DNA of 64,000 bases from Nitrospira sp. (lineage in GTDB: Bacteria > Nitrospirota > Nitrospiria > Nitrospirales > Nitrospiraceae), in assembly GCA_047150005.1 (NCBI GenBank), contig AP038806.1, forward strand, positions 1,600,001-1,664,000, given 5' to 3'. Under the pieces are notes generated by a model. That model ran no database searches, was not told the origin of the DNA, and saw only the letters and a list, made by a program, of their open reading frames with translations. Position 1 is the stretch's first letter. Each line of letters opens with the position of its first letter. Shown here piece after piece: positions 61,801-64,000 of the stretch. The position numbers and the translations under genes are program-made.

Positions 61801-63824
61801 CTGGTGCTGTCATCCCACTTCGCGGCCCACTGATACTTGGGATTCTGCGCGGTGCTCTCGCGTTCGCCGCGGGCGATGTTGCCGTCCCACTTCCAGTCCC
61901 ATACGGTTGAATCATAGGAGAGGATCTGGCCCTTCTCGTCGTTCGTGTGACCCGGTTGTCCTTGCGCAGGCACGAACATCTCGACCCAATCCTTGATGTT
62001 CACGATGACCGGATCGGATTTCCAGTTGGTCTTCTGGCCCTTGTCGACGATCTTGAACGTCTTGCCGAACCAATCGAGGGTGGTCCCGATCAGTTTGTCG
62101 GACGAGACGCCTTGCTTGATGCGGCCCTTCCGGTCCGGCAATTCCTGCAAGTCCGGCATCGTGTCCGTATGGGCCGAACCGACCTGCAGCGTATTATAGA
62201 ACCGGCCATAGCCCCACATGCCTGCCACGTAATGATGCGCGACGTGACAGTGATAGAGGAACTCACCCGCAAGGTGCTGGCAACCGCCGCCGCCGCATTC
62301 CGGCTCCAGGTCCAAGGCTTCAGACGGGCCGATGACTTCCACGTCCACGCGGTCGGACTTGGTCCGGACGACGGGATATTTCACCGGACCGTCCTGGCCC
62401 ATCGCCCACAGATTGTTGGGCTCTGTTCCCGGGCTCCGCTGCCAGCGGATCGATCCGCTATGCGGATGATGCGAGTGGAACACCTCGGAACCGCCGTGCA
62501 CCAGCCGCCATTTGACTGGCTCGCCCAGATAGCCCCGCGCGATCGTGGTCGGCGTGTCGCCGAACGTATAGGCGCTGTAGGCCATCGATTCGTCCTCGAA
62601 CCCGAAATATTCATGTTGCAGGTGCATCTGATCGATCCCGAACGGCTCGCTGCGATAGTTGATCGCGCGGCCGCCCGGCCGATAGGCGTCGGTCAGCGGA
62701 TCGCGTTGCGGCAGGAAATCGCCCTTCTTGTTCAAGGGGCGGAAGGCTTCGTCGCCGATCTCATGGTAGAAGAGCACGAATTCACGGAAGTCCGGTCCGG
62801 ACCCGTTGTCGATGTTGACCTGCCAGCCGCTCCTGACCGGCTTGTCGGGGCCCGTGCCCAGCGAGTCGAAGTACTTGGAGCCCTTCGGCTCGACGATGAA
62901 CGCGCCGAAGAGGCCGAGGACGGTCAGCTCGCGGTCATGGCTGTAGGAGTGGAATTGCCGCACGCCTTCCTGCATGTGCGGATGGATATACCACTCGAAT
63001 TCCTGGGCTTTGCCGGGCGCCACGATGGAATCCGGATTTGTCGTCGTCGCCGGCTTGCCGGTCGTGCTCACGATCATGCTGGAGGCTTGGATGAACAAGC
63101 TCCCGTCCTCGCTCTCCATCTGATTGCGGAGCGTCATTTTGATGCAGTCGCCCTGGTTGGCGCGGAGCACCAACGGTTGAATCACATCGCCCTGCAGTCC
63201 CGTGGTGACGGCGCCGGGATCATATCCGTCTTTGTCGCGGGAGGCCTTGTTCTTGGCTTCCTCTGCGCGGGCCTTCTCGACGTCCTCGCTCAGCACATAC
63301 ATGTAGCCGGGATAGTAGTCGAGCCAGCGGTTCAAGGTGATCTCGATATTGATCATCGACACGTCATAGGTCTTCGTCGGCGCGTTGGCCGGACACTTGC
63401 CCCCCGATGACAGGACCGGCTCACCCTTGCCGGCATCCGTCATGAGCAGGAAGCTGCTGCCGTCCTGTCCCATGTATTGGTGCATCATGGACATGTTGTT
63501 GAATGCGCCGGACGTCTGCTGCGCCTGCGCGTCCTTCTGCGCCTGCTCCTCGAGCCTGCGCATCAGGCGATGGTGCTGGAGCTCCATCTTCTCGGAGCGT
63601 TCCGGCCGCCCTTCGATCGTGTCCTCCACGACTGTCTGGCCTTTCAACTGCTGGGTCCAGCCCGGCATCGATACCGGTGTCGCATGGCCATCGTGGGACC
63701 CCGATGGTTCCGCCCCTGACGGCCACGCGGTCGCCACCAAGCTGCCGGCAAGCAGCACGCTTTGGAGCGTGAGGGCGGCGCCGGTGCGCTTCTGCCTGCG
63801 TTGTGGTTGATATAGATGAGACAT
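58890..63824 (-). CDS. Very large multicopper oxidase, MnxG-like
   Basis: ATG 63824 with GGAGG RBS and signal peptide; VFHSHHPH, YHCHVAHHYVAGM, NIHPHF, FWHDH; ~1644 aa. Confidence 0.88.
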   Translation of the reverse strand: MSHLYQPQRRQKRTGAALTLQSVLLAGSLVATAWPSGAEPSGSHDGHATPVSMPGWTQQLKGQTVVEDTIEGRPERSEKMELQHHRLMRRLEEQAQKDAQAQQTSGAFNNMSMMHQYMGQDGSSFLLMTDAGKGEPVLSSGGKCPANAPTKTYDVSMINIEITLNRWLDYYPGYMYVLSEDVEKARAEEAKNKASRDKDGYDPGAVTTGLQGDVIQPLVLRANQGDCIKMTLRNQMESEDGSLFIQASSMIVSTTGKPATTTNPDSIVAPGKAQEFEWYIHPHMQEGVRQFHSYSHDRELTVLGLFGAFIVEPKGSKYFDSLGTGPDKPVRSGWQVNIDNGSGPDFREFVLFYHEIGDEAFRPLNKKGDFLPQRDPLTDAYRPGGRAINYRSEPFGIDQMHLQHEYFGFEDESMAYSAYTFGDTPTTIARGYLGEPVKWRLVHGGSEVFHSHHPHSGSIRWQRSPGTEPNNLWAMGQDGPVKYPVVRTKSDRVDVEVIGPSEALDLEPECGGGGCQHLAGEFLYHCHVAHHYVAGMWGYGRFYNTLQVGSAHTDTMPDLQELPDRKGRIKQGVSSDKLIGTTLDWFGKTFKIVDKGQKTNWKSDPVIVNIKDWVEMFVPAQGQPGHTNDEKGQILSYDSTVWDWKWDGNIARGERESTAQNPKYQWAAKWDDSTRPAILFDPTTGKLAWPLFKPHFGKRVPFSANHSGAPWLEPIHQDANGERTSEPAKPGEQGRWSLCPDNANQKFYNIHFARMPITLAKKQGKEPPIVDKDGLIYVLHEEERLIRANDDLKLPAVIRANVYDCVDLVLTSEWDDDDYTNFQSSKINIHPHFFQFDTGNSDGVISGFEYEMSVRPFTMFGKKTKHGLPAPMVAKLVGGAKAGATGIKIQMAPGATAFHVNTEVMVGMDCLENGNDPTASLPRDKSCSEVARIKDIKGDQVTFFKPLKHNHPANDLVSPEFVRYRWWVDVDMGTVFWHDHAFGATTWPHGGFGVTLVEPFGSTYHDPKNGKLVYSGPIADIHSNEPIGAGVSGSFRELMVSIHDTVPHTVNIIEAGNPPGQPIEVALEAGKTVSFQMPEKIMNAPNKYINGGTHTTGSGFNFRAEPFAQRLSNNPDTSKLFSSAIHGDPDTPLLRAYTGDTMVFRLLHQLMNESHVWTISGHTFLTERYAADANRKNSIHVGIAERYDLVTKAGGFQGMPGDYIHFNGRSSHFAEGGWGIVRVLDKETPDLKPLPKGTNPLGIPATPSSVCPADAPVKNFNVVALDRPMKLNQKAPDVIEVDFERKIEMTMPEGKIFALEEEATTVASGTTPHPLTLRANLGDCIKVNLKNKMKASRASFFAPGLAFDPKDSQGLNVGNNGGDQTVGPGESRAYTYYAHPANKETTSLVWDGGNIVVNPRNGLYGAVIVGPKGSQYRDPVTGADLSQKNSWRADVIVDASLPENVGKRNYRDVALYFQDEDNIIGTAFMPYVQNVAGLTSVNYRAEPYKFREEQGCSLGKIFQPCVVDKPEDPATPLIEAHAGDPIRIHVIGANSEQNGMFGVEGHEWPIEPYMPGADMISVVEYAGSETLDVFIRGGAGGPYRQAGDFVWSNNRLPYTQSGQWGYLRVLPAGDARIQPLGAAGMGAKRAEQEPATQAIPTAMR

Positions 63825-64000
63825 ACGGCCTCCCCCTGTTGTACCCGCCTCTTCGGCGGCTGGTTGAAACACGTCTCCTGTCGATTTTTTAATCAACGAC
63901 CCGGTTCCATGTAGTCAGGGCACCGGCCTCCGAGCAACCTCCGGCCAACGACCTTGAGGGGATAGAGCTGGTGAAGGTTTCCTTCTTTCGAAGGAGGGTC

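Noticed and set aside
58890..63824. Calling the oxidase NirK or CueO
   Set aside because: Size and motif order do not fit either family

Overview
GC-rich bacterial DNA. Gene content and repeat style suggest a Nitrospira-like (Nitrospirota) chromosome, which is an inference. The window is a dense accessory redox, stress and metal island with no rRNA, tRNA, CRISPR array or transposase recognised. Left to right: (1) a P-type ATPase running off the left edge and czcBA-type RND genes; (2) yqjG-type GST, ybaK, flavodoxin-fold reductase, dodecin, hemerythrin-like and CBS genes; (3) a six-gene operon of three paralog pairs of unknown exported proteins, four with cupredoxin or nitrosocyanin-like Cys/His loops; (4) a DosR-regulon-like stress block (PAS-LuxR, two PRTase+USP pairs, Hsp20, TrxC, CYTH-CHAD, DevS/DevR-like pair); (5) a sulfite oxidase (SorAB-like), tetraheme cytochrome, SodC, DsrE and peroxidase cluster; (6) ftsH, a YbhGFSR-like ABC exporter and an SQR-TauE-DUF2892-RND operon; (7) a ~1640-aa MnxG-like multicopper oxidase with an amicyanin-loop partner and two Cys-less FGE-fold proteins. 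Non-coding structure includes two copies of a TA-flanked MITE overlapping host stop codons, heptamer-periodic inverted arrays (two inserted in frame in genes), a REP-like doublet, four sigma54-like promoters and several pseudogene fragments. All product calls come from motif recognition, not database searches.
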